A stretch of 60,850 nt of DNA, counting the filler, from Sphacelaria rigidula (Eukaryota), in the NCBI GenBank assembly GCA_964200075.2. It is 5 parts of 5 records of this genome, joined end to end, with 100 filler letters (N's around TTAATTAATTAA, not from the genome) between each part and the next. Parts side by side here need not be neighbours in the genome. Positions count along the whole stretch, not along the records: positions 24,382 to 36,471 come from CAXNAA020004137.1; positions 36,572 to 48,661 come from CAXNAA020004138.1; 3 more parts are not named here. One strand, written 5' to 3'. The notes under the pieces were generated by a model. That model ran no database searches. It saw nothing but the letters and a program-made list of their open reading frames with translations, and was not told the DNA's origin. The position numbers and the translations under genes are program-made. Shown here piece after piece: positions 25,124-38,521 of the stretch (positions are counted from its first letter, which is position 1; the number at the start of each line of letters is the position of its first letter).

Positions 25124-26722
25124 TGGGATTCGCTGTTGGGGAGGGGGGCAACGGGGAGTAGAGCAGAAAAAACAAACCCGTGTCATGCGAAAAATAGGAC
25201 CACTTCGTTACTACTGTTGTATCCAAGCTGTTCATGTGTGACGACTTCTGTTCATGTGTGAGGACTTACCAAAAAAGCGCACTGCTACACTGCACATGCG
25301 ACACCGCAGATTCATGACCTGCGCAAGAATGGTCATTCGTAGAGCCCAACACGGTGCAGCACACAGTACGACCGACACTCACGCCCACGGTTCTCTCGAG
25401 CGAAAAGAGATAAATAACAAACTCCCCTTCTGCTTTGGGGTAGGGCAAGCCCGTGCCACGGAAGCAACCGCCATTTACCCGCATTCCTCACATGCAGACA
25501 GAGTATTCATGTTTACTGTTCCATCTCAGCGATATACGAACAGACAAACACATCAGGTCGTTTACCGACTTACTCCACGCGTACCCCCCTGAGCGGATGA
25601 ACGTTTGAGATAAACATGTGACTCGCGCGAGCACCGGATGCACAAATCACAGGGCACCCCAACCGTGGTGGCGTGGGTCACGCCTTTACACTCTAAATCG
25701 GAGCCACCACAACCAAGCCACAATTAAGTGGAGTAGTACAATTGGACCGTAATATGATGTTGCACTCCTTCTCATCGCGCGACAGACCACTGCACAGCTA
25801 TGCTGCATTACACCTCGATACCGCCATGTTCGCCACGCCATCTCTATCGCACCCATTGTGTGTTTGAAAGAGCATGGGTCACGTGTCACCCGCGAGGCGG
25901 GTTCTCTGCGCACACCCTGGACAAAATGTTCCATTGTCAAAAAATGCACTGTGCACAGTCTGGAATCTGTTGTTGATTCCAACAGACGCAATAGTCGATA
26001 CTGTACCCAGTACACTTTTTGACGATGGAATCGTTTGTTCAGGGTGTGATTATCTGTTGTTTTGGCATAGGTTTACCTTGAAAAATGAGTACAAGACCCA
26101 GGTGACACCCTGGCGGTAAAGATGATACATTTTAGAGCTGGCGGCAGAAAGAGGTCACGCTCTCTGGAGTTTTTATGGAATCTGATTCTTTAGTGGTACC
26201 CATAGACAGAGCGAAAATACGCAGCAGGCGAAGGGGGAAGAGAAGAAGACACTGCATGCCCTGCATTGTACAGTTGCGTACTGTCCTGTGTATTTAGTTG
26301 GGATTCGGTCTATCTACATTGTCACGTGTGTATTGTCCTGTCTGTACCACATCGCCCATTTTGCGTAAGAGACACCACGGCGATCATGGCAATACCAATG
26401 GACGCAATACGATTAAATTAACTCTTAGACCGTGATGCAGGTTGTCCATCTGGATCACCCATATTTCAACAACAGACGTTACCAACTGATCGGAAAAAAT
26501 GGGTGAAATTAAAAACATACTCGTTTTAGTGTTAGTCGGGGCGATGGATGAAACCACCAACAGATACAGGTGAGCAGTTGTGAGCAGTAGACCCAGCTTG
26601 TCTAGGACGTGTTTTGTTCCAAAATCAGCTGAAAGGCGTCGATTTGAGCTCTGGCAACGCACACTTTGCCTAGGGAATACTCTGCACCCCCTTGCCCGAG
26701 CGATCTCGGTATGTCTTGGTCG

Positions 26723-26751
26723 GGGTTAGGGTTAGGCTTAGCGTTAGGGTT
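26723..26751 (+). repeat. Short interstitial telomere-like (TTAGGG)n tract
   Basis: GGGTTAGGGTTAGGCTTAGCGTTAGGGTT. Confidence 0.6.
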
Positions 26752-28854
26752 GGCGGCATCTCCATAGTGCGTCAACCATTTTTGCCGACCAGTTGGTAAA
26801 GAGGCCTCTAGTTCAAAGTGAAATGTATGCCGCTTCAGCGGGTGATGTACCCTCGCGGTCAGAGGGTTAACGAACAGAATAGCAGGAGAACATAATGCAG
26901 TCGCCATGACGTTGCTACTGCGGTACACGTCAGGCTCTGTACCTGGGGTTCCTTTCGCCGCTAGGCACAACAAACAAAGCGCGCGGCAGCTCTTTTACTT
27001 TCATAATTCGTCGGCGTGCACTAAACAAGGGAACAAGTAAGCGAGTGACTCTGACATTTGAAATAATCAATACAGATCGCTTCTTTATTTTCGAGCTGGC
27101 GGATGCTAGACACGTAAACGAGAAGAATTTGGCCACGCGACGAGTAGTGACAGATAAGGTCCCATCGTCGAAGGGGCCCCATAATGACTAGTTCTGAGTC
27201 ATCATTTTTTAATCAATTATGAACAGATTTGTCCAGGGTCACGCACAACGTGCGCAGGTGATGAGCAGCTTCGGCTCAATCTATGTGTTCTTGGTTTGCG
27301 GGGGCACCAAGTTCCCCAGGTTCAGCTCTGATCGTGTTGGGTTGTGTGGTCTGCGTTTCCATGTACCCCTGTCAGCCGGAAATGTATGTATATTACCCTT
27401 CAAGGTGTCCGGAAATTCCCTATCCAAAAGGAGATTTCAGAAAGTGTTTTGCACCGCCTGGAATCCCCCCGAAACAGGGCATTTCTGGGCACGTTTGTTT
27501 CAAGATTTTTTTCGGAAGGCAGGGGGGTGGCATCGCAGCGACCAGTCAGCGATCGTGTTTAAGACAGAGGATTCGAGAAAAGGGGGGGGAATCCCGTTCG
27601 ATGAAAAGAGCACTGAGAGAGTACAGCAGTATGTTACTGCGTACTCCTGTACTCTGCGTTGGTTGTTCTGGCTCTGCAATGAAAGCGTGGTCCAGGTCAT
27701 CACGGTCAGGGTGGTCATGCGGCATTGACCAGCCACAAGTATTTTTGCCATAATCCTAGGTTGCACAGATGTTGATGATTCACCCGGGTACACATATAAT
27801 ATTTCTGCTTTGCGGACGTTAGGGTAGAGTTCAAGGGCAGGTCAAGTAGAGTATCTACTTTTGAGTACGCTCCTGCTCGACGAACGCATACAGGAGAACT
27901 TTTAACCTTAACATCTTCCTTGGAGGAAAAAAATAACCGAACGGCTGTCGATATTATTTTCACACCAACTACAAGGCCGGAGCGTGTTCGCTATTTTTGA
28001 GTCGTGTGCTTCGAGCCCGAATGCACCTACTGGGTTTTAGCCCTTTCCAGGGCACGTCCCGTGCTCAGCAGGAAAAATCGGACAATGGCCTATTATTTCT
28101 GCAGGTTTTGAGGATCGGCTTGAAACGCACGTGGAAATAATCACCCCCGGAATGTCTCAGTGGTGCGGAGGTGTATGTGGCGTCTGAATAGGAATAGCGT
28201 TACCTTCACGCACGGTTTCTCCCTGTCAAGGATGTAGTCCAAAATCAAGTGTATTCCAAGAAACCAAGGAAAAGGTGCGATGGTTCAGGATGATTAGTAG
28301 AGTGTCGCCGAACAGTCCGGACACTTTTCGGAGGCTAGCAACCCCCCCGCCCCTAGCACCCCTACACACGCAGCCATTTGGCGACCCCCCCAAATGCCTC
28401 CGGAGGGATGCGCAGCCCCCCAGAGGCAAAACAAGCCTCCGCAGGCCTTCAATCCCTCTGGAGGAAACCAAACACTATCGCCCTGGAGGGCCGCGCACCC
28501 CTACGGAGGCAAAAACAAGCGTTCCGATGCGTTTAATCCCTCTGGAGACAACAAAAAAGTATTCCTGTGGAGGGCCGCGCACCCCTCTAGAGGCGTTTAG
28601 TTTCCCCGCAGGCTCGAAAAGTTTACCGCCCTGGAGGAATTTTGGGGATAGCCAAATGGCCGCATGTCTAACGCTCATCATGTTAGCCGTGGGGCTGGAA
28701 GCCCATATCCGCTTATACTTTGTACTTATTAGTTACGGTTGACGTCGTTTTCGCTTCTCGAAATTTTGATCAAAACCACCACGCGTGCGAGAACCGTGGC
28801 GTTGGTAACTGCGGCGGTGCTGCCACGTGCGTCAGCCGTGGCTTACCACTAGTT

Positions 28855-28960
28855 ATGATGATGACGACGACGATGATGATGATGATGATTATAATTATCA
28901 TTATCATGATGATTTTTATGATGATTGTTATTATGATATCATCATCATCAGCATCATCAT
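28855..28960. repeat. Compound (GAT/ATT/CAT)n microsatellite
   Basis: Directly visible trinucleotide repeats. Confidence 0.9.
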
Positions 28961-30039
28961 TTACCCGTTGATCGCGAGAGTGGGCTGGCTGACCATGCGC
29001 TCATTATTCAAGTTGAAGTCAGGGCTTTTTACGTTACACGATACACGTACGTAACAGATCACAAACGCACGTCACAAGGGTGTGACGTAACGCAACGTGT
29101 GTTTTTCGACTACGTCACAAGTGTGACGTCACGTAACGTACCGGTGAAAAACTGTGACGTGACACAACGTTCAATTTTTCAATACGTCACAAATGTGACA
29201 TGACGTGACATATTTTTCTATAGATCACACTAATGGATTTGGAAACGTTTCAAGATACGTTATACGTCACAATATACGTTACACGTCACATTATTGTACG
29301 TTTGTGACGTGTAACGTATCTCGAAACGTTACGTTCGTGACGTGTAACGTATTTTGGAACGTTATTGTGACGTGTAACGAATAGTATTCGTTACATTTGC
29401 GACGTGTAACGTAAAATGAATCGTTGCACTTCGACCGTGTTGAGGTCAAATGAACGCTACGTACGACATTGGAAGGTTTCATGTACCGCTACTTGGTACG
29501 GGAGGTTCACGGTGGCTGCCTTGTTCGAGCATAAGGCGCGTTCTGCTCGCTTGACATGTAAGAATGCGTTTCAGCTCGCTCATCGTTACGGTATCCTGGG
29601 CCGCGCTCATTATCACGTTACACACTCCCGCCCCCGTCTGTGCTATCGAAGTTGGAGATTTGAAATTCGGAAATTCGAGACTCGTGCTTTCGGATTCCGA
29701 TATTCGCTTGTTCTATGTTCTATGGTTGAGTGTGGTGTGGCGGTGCATACTGCCGTGGCCCTGAACTTGCGCTTACATCGCGTGCGTATTATGATGACGT
29801 ATGCACACTCTTCTTCAACCCATGTATCTTATCATTCGGTATCATTTATGCCAATCTCACACTACAATAATTGTGGTGCAAGTTGAGCGTGTGACGGTTG
29901 TGTCGTTCATTCAGACGTCACAAACGTATAATAATATGACGTGTAACGTTTATTGTTACGTGTAACGTTCATTGTGACGTGTAGCGTATAGAATACTTTA
30001 CACAATACGGGAAATGTTTGGAAATACGTTACCGTGACG

Positions 30040-32953
30040 TGTGACGCCAGCCAGAAGAAGGACTGGTGGATCACTGATGTTGCGGGACTCCCCAGTCCTA
30101 CTGGCCTCAGTTTCAGTTGCCATCCTTCACAATATATCATTATCATGAAGTGCCGTTCCAAGGTACCCTCCTAGACACGACAGGGTATCAACCTAGTGTC
30201 CCCGGTCATTATCCAGATCATCACTATCAACGGTCATCATTCAGATCATCACTACCAACTCAACGTCACGGCGTAATTTCGTCACAGGACCCCCAAAGCC
30301 CGTTGGACGAGAATCGATCAACAAGCTTGACACATAAAAAACGACAAAGCGATGAGTACGTCACGACTGGATACCAAACTCACTCGTTATGCGAGCAGCA
30401 ACGACACGAGTCACGCGTGATTTACGCACCTCCTTCATGAGAAATTTCGGGGCGGCCTCAAAAACACCCTTGAAAGGTTCCCACGTACGCTCCTCAACTC
30501 CGAAACTAACCCAGTTGACCAACACGATCAACTTCGATCGTCTGCTTTTACCACTCGGACAATACCAGCCATCTGAAATTACCCCTGATTAAAAGCATAC
30601 TGGAAGGCGTCCTTAACGTCAGCCGTAACATTCAGCTGCGAGTCTGCATAAAAATGCAAACGAGAAGCATGGCCGGTCTGAACACGACCTGGAACAATGT
30701 TCTGAATCTCAAATACGTGCGGGTGGTGAGCCACAATCACTCTTCATGGACAGGTCCACACACACGACCAAATATCACGTGCTATGGCGTACTTTCGTAA
30801 CGACGGCGATACGCTGTATTGAGCGCCCATTGCACCATAGGCAACACGTTCACCCACTCGGGAACCGCTCTACGCTGCTTGAGAAGAATAGAGCGAAGAG
30901 CACGAACTACTACCTTGACCATGCGTTCGCACGTGCCGTTAGACCACGGAGAATATGCTACCGCAAACTGGTGATCAACGTGCAAAGCCTCTCGCAATCG
31001 GGCCAAGATCGCATTCTTGAAATGTGTTGCGGTAGCACTCACCCACACACGCGGCACCCCCACAGTTTTGCACCAATTCAGCAAAGGTGCAGCGGTCGAT
31101 TCAGTAGTACACACTGCTACTGGTTTCAAAGACACGAAGTTGCTCAGATCACCCATGATTACCAAAACGTATCGAAATTCAGCATCCTCCGACGAACCAT
31201 GGGAAGCTAGCCCTCTAGTCAGCACAGTGAAGACACTGGCAAAAACATTCGCGAACATTAGTCTCTATCCCCCGCTAGACACAAAACTCTTGTAAGCGCA
31301 CGAGCGTCGCAGCCACACCACGATGCCCGGGGTCGCGCATGTGCGCGCAATAATTAGACGTACCTGCACCTGCTTGTCATACCTCGGAATCCACAAAACG
31401 TTTCGGCCACGCACGAGCCCACGAAACAGACCTTCGTTGTCCAAGGTAGCAGTACCCAAGGTCTTTTCGTTGCGCTTGGCGGACAACAAATTTGGACGAC
31501 ATCGTGTCATCAGGTTCACACGGACCATACACAGCTGCAGCGCGCACATGCATTTGCATTTCAACCGTAAGCGCTTTCATGACCAAACTACGCCAATAGC
31601 ACCCAGATGCATCCGGAGACATTGACAACTGACAATCAGGACGGGGATGGAACAGCGTCACGGCATGTGCCACCAGATCCTTCGCTGCCGCCCACGCCTG
31701 CAGCCTACCCTCCGTCCACGATGTAGCCTTCTTCGGAAACGCCATATCTGGACTGGACCACCCCGCCTGCAAATTCCGTAACACTAATCCGAGCGCCAAA
31801 AGAGCCGCCATGCACGACGCCAACTAACCCGACTTCACCGGATCGTACCGTCGCAGCTTCGCCTTCACCACGGACGCGCTAGGTTTGAGCTGAACACGTA
31901 TGGGCTTCACGCGCGCAGAAGGATCACTCCGCAGCGCACGACGAAACGCGTTGACGCGGCAATGCAATATGCCGAGCAGGCGCTCCGCTTTTAGACACTG
32001 AGGCCTGTCGCCCAAGCATCCGTCACGCTCTCCTCCAGCGCAACCTTCCGAGCGTATTCCTCTCCCGCCGGAGTCATTAACATCTCCGGGCCGTGCTCTA
32101 CCGAGCGTTCCACCGCCGCATCCCGCTCTTCGGTCACCTGCCCTCCAGCCTCCTGAAAAGCATCCACCACCAAACTCACGCGACGACTGCCCAAAAAGAC
32201 GGGCGTCTCCAAGCGTTGATCAGGCGGAGACATCCGCGTCTTCATGAAATCCCACAACCGGCGAGTGTTGACTCCAAGATCCTGTAGCGTCGACAACCCC
32301 AGAAGAATGACGCCATCCGACCCCGGCATGGTCGCAAACGAGATCGGAAGCAACTGCGCCGGCCCCCAGGAAGTCGTGAAACTCAGCTGCAGCGGAACAG
32401 TGCGCTCTGTGACGTAAACATGCTGACCCGACGCGGTGACGGCCTGCTGCGCTCCGAGCGGAAACGGTTCGCGCAGCGGCACACCCGGGAGAAGACGCCC
32501 CAAAATTTTTACAATCTGTACCGACAGACTCACATGACCCGTCAAGTGGGCGCCAGAATCCCACTTAGCCCGAACGGCAATGGCTTCACGCTCCCGTCGA
32601 TTTGGAAGACACAGCTCCGCAGGAACGTAGTTGTGCGCAGACTCCACTGGCCTTTTATTCGCCGACCGATGCGCCGCTAATCCCACTTGACGCCACTGCT
32701 GTGCAAGCTGTGCAGGCGAAGAAGCCCCGGCACGTTCAAATGGCACCGCCGGCAGGAATGACCCCCAGCCAGCAGACCAAGAATTTGGCGAACCTCCGAC
32801 CAGCGCGTCAGCAGGTGTCGCCACCGGCGCCACCATCGGCACCGGCTCAGTGTCTGACACTATAAAAGCCGGTCCCACCTGCACCGCCCGTTGCGGAGCA
32901 GCAGCACCTACGGCGGCGCCGCACCCGGAACCAGATCCATGCTGACGCCGCTG

Positions 32954-32985
<32 letters not shown>

Positions 32986-33785
32986 GAGGACTCGACTGCG
33001 ACCCTCCACCGACGGATGATCCGCCGCCGCCACCCCGACCACCTCGTCTTTTGCCCTTGTGCTGACGATACTGATGGTGCACGGCATGAGACCGCCCAGA
33101 CTCTCCACCGGAAGACGTTCGGCAATTGCGCGCGTAATGGCCGACCTGGCCACAACAGTCTCAAGTGCCCGTCGCATGCCCAGCATGCTTTTTGATCGCC
33201 GCAAACATATGCGGCGGGGTGATTGTGCTCTTTTCTTGCTCCAAACGAGCAAACACAATCTGCACATGAATCGGCACTTGTGTAGCCATTGGCACCACCT
33301 GATGCCCCATAGCACCCCCTGCCTTCGCGTGCTTCGCACGCTTCTTGTACTCAAGGTACTTCGTATAAAAAGTGCGAGTTGCACTCTCTGAGTACCTATC
33401 CCCGTATTTGGGAGGTCGAAACTCTTCCCACATGACCACGGGTGTCACGCTGGACGTATTTCGCGAGCCGGTCGTCATAGCTGCAACCGGCCACCTGCGA
33501 ACCTTTCGCAAGCCAGCGGACCTTCACGAATTGCACACTTCCTTGCTTCGTCGCCGACTGCTGGATCACTGCTGTTGAGGGACTCACTCCCCAGTCTTAC
33601 TGGCCTCAGTTTCATTTGTCAGCCTTCACAACATATCATCATCATGGAGTGCCGTTCCAAGGCACCCTCCCAGACACGACAGAGTATCAACCTAGTGCCC
33701 CCGATCATTATCCATATCATCACTGCCAACGGTCATCATTCAGATCATCACCACCAACTTGCCGCCACGGCGTACTTTCGTCACA
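30040..33785 (-). mobile_element. Degenerate, internally deleted Ty3/Gypsy chromovirus-type LTR retrotransposon
   Basis: Direct LTRs at 30040-30286 and ~33556-33785 with TG...CA outer ends; 4-bp TSD GACG; gag, protease, integrase and chromodomain remnants in gypsy order. Confidence 0.92.
30420..33511 (-). pseudogene. gag-pol remnant: Gag, CCHC knuckle, aspartic protease, RT/RNase H fragments, integrase, chromodomain
   Basis: CGQVGHYARNC (~33120-33155); KWDSGAH protease motif; WSSPDMAFPKK; LFHP...DAS; integrase YSPWSNGTCER; chromodomain VLVNWVSFGVEERTWEP (~30430-30525); multiple stops and frameshifts. Confidence 0.88.
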
Positions 33786-34570
33786 GACGTGACGTAACGT
33801 ATAACTCTTTAATACGTCACAAGTGTGACGTAATATGACGTCCCCGGGAACACATGTGACGTGACGTAACGTATGATGTTTCATACGTCAAATTTGTGGC
33901 GTAACGTGTAATTTGTAACGTGTAACTTGTAGCTTGTAACTTAAAGAGCCCTGGTTAAATTGACGCTGATTCCATATATGACCTATGCTTGCGGTCGAAG
34001 GGTTGAGGCGGGAAATTACCCTGACTTTGTCTTCAAAATAGCAAACGAAACGCGACTGCACATCGATTGACTGAAACCCTACTCGCCGATGCCCACCGAT
34101 TTCTCAGTTTTTTCTTCCGTGAAGAGTAGTATTGAGTGGACACCAGGGTTTAATGCGTTTTTGCTGACTATTCATGCGTTCTCGAGACATATCAGTGTGT
34201 CCTCGCCGACTTCATCGTCCCTGTTCGATATGAGTGTGTCCTCGCCTACTTCATTGTTAGTGTTTGTATCAACATTGGACGATGGTGTTGACGGAGAAGG
34301 CGCGTCGATGGGGAAACACCGGTGGACACTTTGCTCTCGCCGCAGAGTACATGAGGCGGTACCTTCGGGAGCGCGCACATCGCAAAGGGTGTCTCGATAG
34401 AGCCGCCCTGCACAAGGTCGAACCCCATTTAGGGCATTCGCACTCCTCTGGAGGATTTTCAAAGTTGGGGTCTCGCTCGAGGGTTTGTGTCAATATCGAA
34501 ATCCTCTATATTGTTTCTGAAGGCACTCGTGCTGTGGAAATCCTATACTACTTGTTAAAACATATAAGAA

Positions 34571-34863
34571 GGTTTTCGTGAGGTTGAGAGTAGAGCATTG
34601 ATTGAGGGTTCGTTTGATCATTGGCTTCAACTTGATTAATTTCTCATTCCGTGTGTGCTTTTCTTTGCCTGTAACATTGGCGTGTGATTACAGCTACACA
34701 TCGATATCCTATTCAAGGATATCAAGGGCTTCATTGGCAAGAAGCTGCAGAGAGTATATCGGGCTTCATGGAGGGGCATTTCGGAACAACTGAAATTATT
34801 TATTCAGTAATTGACCGCACTCCACTCTCAATCGTGTCCTCTATTCTCAACCTCACGAAAACG
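34571..34863. mobile_element. MITE family B copy
   Basis: GTTTTCGTGAGGTTGAGAG...CTCAACCTCACGAAAAC. Confidence 0.75.
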
Positions 34864-34925
34864 CTGTATATTCGGAGTTTGTACAGCAGAGGCTTCTCGG
34901 AAGTCCTCGTTTTGCCCGCCAATTC

Positions 34926-36046
34926 ATCCTGAAACTGGGCAACAGGAGGACTCGCGAGCAGCCTCTGCTCTTCAGATCCGACATACTGTACCGTGTCAGC
35001 GTACGACGTTCGAACGGCATAGATTGTCCAAAAACCGTTCTCTTGCACCCTAGTTCACATCAATCGAGCAAAACGAGAATGTATCAACAGCCTCTGCTGT
35101 ACAGATATCATTTACTGGCTACCAGTATATGTCCACACGACCATGCTACGAAATTTCAGCTGGTGATGATGGATACGTGGCATATACCTTCCAGGTGTAT
35201 GTCCATAAGTTGGAAACCCCGTAGCCCCCGGTCTACCAATCGCACTATGTTTACATATGAAAGCAAGTTGGATCGCACAAAATAAGGCGGCATCGAGTAA
35301 TTTTGGTCGCGGTTTGCACTTTGATAGGAATACGAGTCAAAAGACACTTTCTACGATAGCCCCCCCCAAAAAAATGCATGGTTTTGGGAGGCAAAATGTT
35401 CACGTAAATCGAAATGGAAAAAATCGAGCACAGCGAGCAGCTGGGAATTCCCACGCTTGGGTTCTTTTTCGCTAGTGTTGCTAATATGAGGCGCTCCATG
35501 CAGCCTGAACTCGAATATCGGGCGCTGTATGGCCATTTTTTTCGTGACACGTTTGGGTTGGTTCTGGGGGGGGGCTATCGTAGAAGGTGTCAATACAAGA
35601 GTATACTACCCCGGTGCGTGCTTGCACTGACTCCTATCCCTATCAAAGTACAGACCGCGACCAAAATTATTCGACGCCGCCTCTTTTTGTACGATGCAAC
35701 TTGTTTTATGTGCGAATATAGTGCGATTGGTAGACTGCGGACTACCGGGTTTTTCAATTATGTATTGTGTAGACGTGGAGGGTGCATGTCATGTATCCAT
35801 CTCCATCATCAGCTGAAGCTTCATAGCATGGCCGTGTGGATATTTACCTGTAGCCAGAGTATGATATTTGTACAGCAGAGGCTGTTGAAACATTGTCGTG
35901 TTGCCAAGTTGGTATGAAGTGGGGGGCAAGACGACAGGTTTTGGGCAATCTCTGTCGTTTGAATGCCAAACGCTGACAACGGTACAGCATGCCGGATTTT
36001 AACAGCAGAGGCTGCTCGCAAGTCCTCATGTTGCCCAATTTCAGGG
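34926..36046. mobile_element. Fold-back element with ~410-bp inverted arms
   Basis: 34926-35340 is an imperfect reverse complement of ~35627-36046. Confidence 0.8.
35343..35591. mobile_element. Small MITE nested in the fold-back spacer
   Basis: TIRs GACACTTTCTACGATAGCCCCCCCC and GGGGGGGGCTATCGTAGAAGGTGTC. Confidence 0.8.
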
Positions 36047-36471
36047 TAAGAGCAATGCTACAGTAGGGGTGCACCTTTTGCGCAAGATCTTGTCTGGTTC
36101 AGGGGATCCTACGATTCTAAATGCAGGAGAATATGGGTCAGGGCACCCCCGTTTGCAAATTCATTCGAGATACCTCTAGCGCATTGGAAGAGTAATCCTA
36201 GTGTACTCTCAGATATTTCAGATGTCGTGCTTTGGATGAGATAAGGGCCCTTCTTCACGAAGGGGATCATCCCCTTTTCACAAAGTCCCCCTTTAAAAAA
36301 ACGACCAGTGATTGGTCGCTGCGATATCACCCCCCCCCCAAACAAAATATGCACCCATGAGGCAGTGTAAAAGCCGCGGCTGCCTCTGGAAGTGGCGATA
36401 CCAAAGAAGAAAGCAACTCATTGCAGGCTGTCATCCAAATGCAAGACGAATCAGCAGGCTTCGGGCCGAAC

Positions 36472-36571
36472 NNNNNNNNNNNNNNNNNNNNNNNNNNNNN
36501 NNNNNNNNNNNNNNNTTAATTAATTAANNNNNNNNNNNNNNNNNNNNNNNNNNNNNNNNNNNNNNNNNNNN
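36472..36571. other. Artificial contig linker
   Basis: N44-TTAATTAATTAA-N44. Confidence 0.98.
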
Positions 36572-37210
36572 TAAATTTCGCCTCGCCGTGATTGGGCAGG
36601 TCGCTCGAAGACTTATTTTTTATTATTTCACGAACACAGGGTCAACCCTGTGTTAGTGGGGGTCCGGTCCCAAGAGGGTTAAGGGATTTGAAAATAGTCC
36701 CGAAAAATGAATCGCCCAACGTTAGGGCGTGTCTCTGCTTAAAATGAAACGATTTGAACAACGTGCAGCTTCGTACTGCCTGCACTGCCCAAGAGCGTGT
36801 ACGCAAGCCGGTTGCCCGCCCTACCACGCAGTTCCGTCGCTGGTCCTTACCATGAAAGAAGATGCTCAAGTTTTCGCCAACATAAAACGAACAAAGCATA
36901 CTACACTGTATCTATCCCTGTGCTCACTCGTGCTGCATGCTGCAGGGGGGCGGTCGTAGCTAAGAAAGTGTTTTGTGGGCTTGGTGGTCTGTAAGATAGG
37001 AGTCAAGTGCCGCTTCGTGCCTTTCGACCGCATGTATTCGATCGAAAAAGCTTAGCTTTATTGTTTTCTACTTCTTCTCCGCGCGCCACTAGTTATAAAG
37101 TTGAGTTAAAGCCTTCATGGAACAGAAATGCTGGGAACTTATCAGATCGAGACCAAAATCGATCGCACGTTTTCGGTCTGAAAAAAATGTGCCGAGACAC
37201 GCCCTTAGAA

Positions 37211-37644
37211 CACGGGATCCTACAAATTGGGGATGGATCTTTTATTGGGCATGAGGAACCCGGAGAATTAAAATATTTGTATCCACGCCAAATCTTCGAA
37301 ATACGGGCCCATTTCTTCACCTACTGATAGCTATTGACAACTTCTCCACGCCATATAAATTTGGATTTCGAATTGTTGAGGTCCTAGGGTGAAAAACCAA
37401 TTTTAGGGAATTTCGGGTGTCCGAACGGACGCCAAAATAATTCCGAAATTGGCTTTTCACCTAGGACCCCAACATTTCGGTGATCGAAATCCAATTTTTT
37501 GTGGCGTGTAGCAGTTGTCAAAAGCTATCAGTAGGTGAAGAAATGGAAATATATTTCGAAGACTTGGTGTGGATACGAAGAGTTTAATTCTCCGGGTTTC
37601 TCATCCCCAATAAATAATCCATCCCCAATTTGTAAGATGCAGTG
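37211..37644. mobile_element. Palindromic MITE family C (~430 bp)
   Basis: CACGGGATCCTACAAATTGGGGATGG...CCATCCCCAATTTGTAAGATGCAGTG, self-complementary along most of its length; copies at ~46970-47325, ~48865-48940 (partial) and 49021-49454. Confidence 0.85.
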
Positions 37645-38109
37645 TTTTGGGGTGAAAAAACAAAATAGAGAGCCAAGAGTGTGACGCGGTGAGTATAAGT
37701 GTTGCTTCTCTGGTATCAAAGTTTCACCCCGAAATTCGAGAAATTGAGTCGCGCGTGGGCTACGGACTGTTGCCACAGAGCATTGGCCGGCCCAGCGGCT
37801 CGTGCATGAATCCATCAGGAATTCGTAATATCCCGTGCTTTCAAAAGAAGGGTTTCATACCCAAGTTTCTCGAGGGTTTAGCTACTGCGCGTTTTGGCGC
37901 CAACGACGCCGAAACCGCTTCAAACGCACCAGCTCCTGTCACATTTGCGAGCTTATTCTCTTCGACAAGTTGTTGGTGTTCCACTGAGTTGAATAGCCAC
38001 TACCGTTTTCGTTGAAGTATTATTGCTGTTTAATTGGTCGATTAAGTACCAACGACGCTTGCTAACCACCACCGATAAGCTGCCCATTAACTCCGTACAA
38101 TAACCACCC

Positions 38110-38521
38110 GCCCCCATTTATTTTTTGCGGCAACCATGATGGTGGTGGAGCTAGATCATGTTGTGCGGATCACCCGAACTCCGCGCAACGGGGATGATCG
38201 TACCTCGTAGTGCTTACATGGTGAGTCATCCGTGAGGCAGCGTGTAACCTGTGACTGTCTCTGGAGGTGGCGATACCAGAAAATAAAGCAATGCATTGTA
38301 GGGTGTCATCCACATACAAGATAATTAGTACGCTTGCGGTCGAATAATCCTAGCAGGATGCGGCTCAGCCTTCACGCGACTCGCCGAACACATCACGGCG
38401 CTTCGCGCTTGGTTGATTCCGAGCCTTGTCCGGCGAAAGCCCGTGCTTCGTCCCGGCTTTGTAGGGAGGCGAGGTCAATGGTCATGCGACTACGGTATGC
38501 AAGATCATGAGGACCCCCCCC
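38110..38521 (+). mobile_element. Family A copy
   Basis: Colinear with 180-720; ends ATCATGAGGACCCCCCC. Confidence 0.75.

Larger units (their letters stand above)
29020..33953. mobile_element. hAT-like non-autonomous element with GTGACG/GTAACG subterminal motifs, interrupted by an LTR retrotransposon
   Basis: TIRs CAGGGCTTTTTACGTTACA and TGTAACTTAAAGAGCCCTG; 8-bp flanks GTTGAAGT and GTTAAATT match at 6 of 8 positions. Confidence 0.75.

Noticed and set aside
28720..29054. Poly-Met/Ile/Asp ORFs; also poly-Val/Thr ORFs at 42303-42827
   Set aside because: Translations of trinucleotide microsatellites.
12192..36471. Functional linkage between UBC12/MSH2 and the retrotransposon or other contigs
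   Set aside because: They are separated by artificial linkers.
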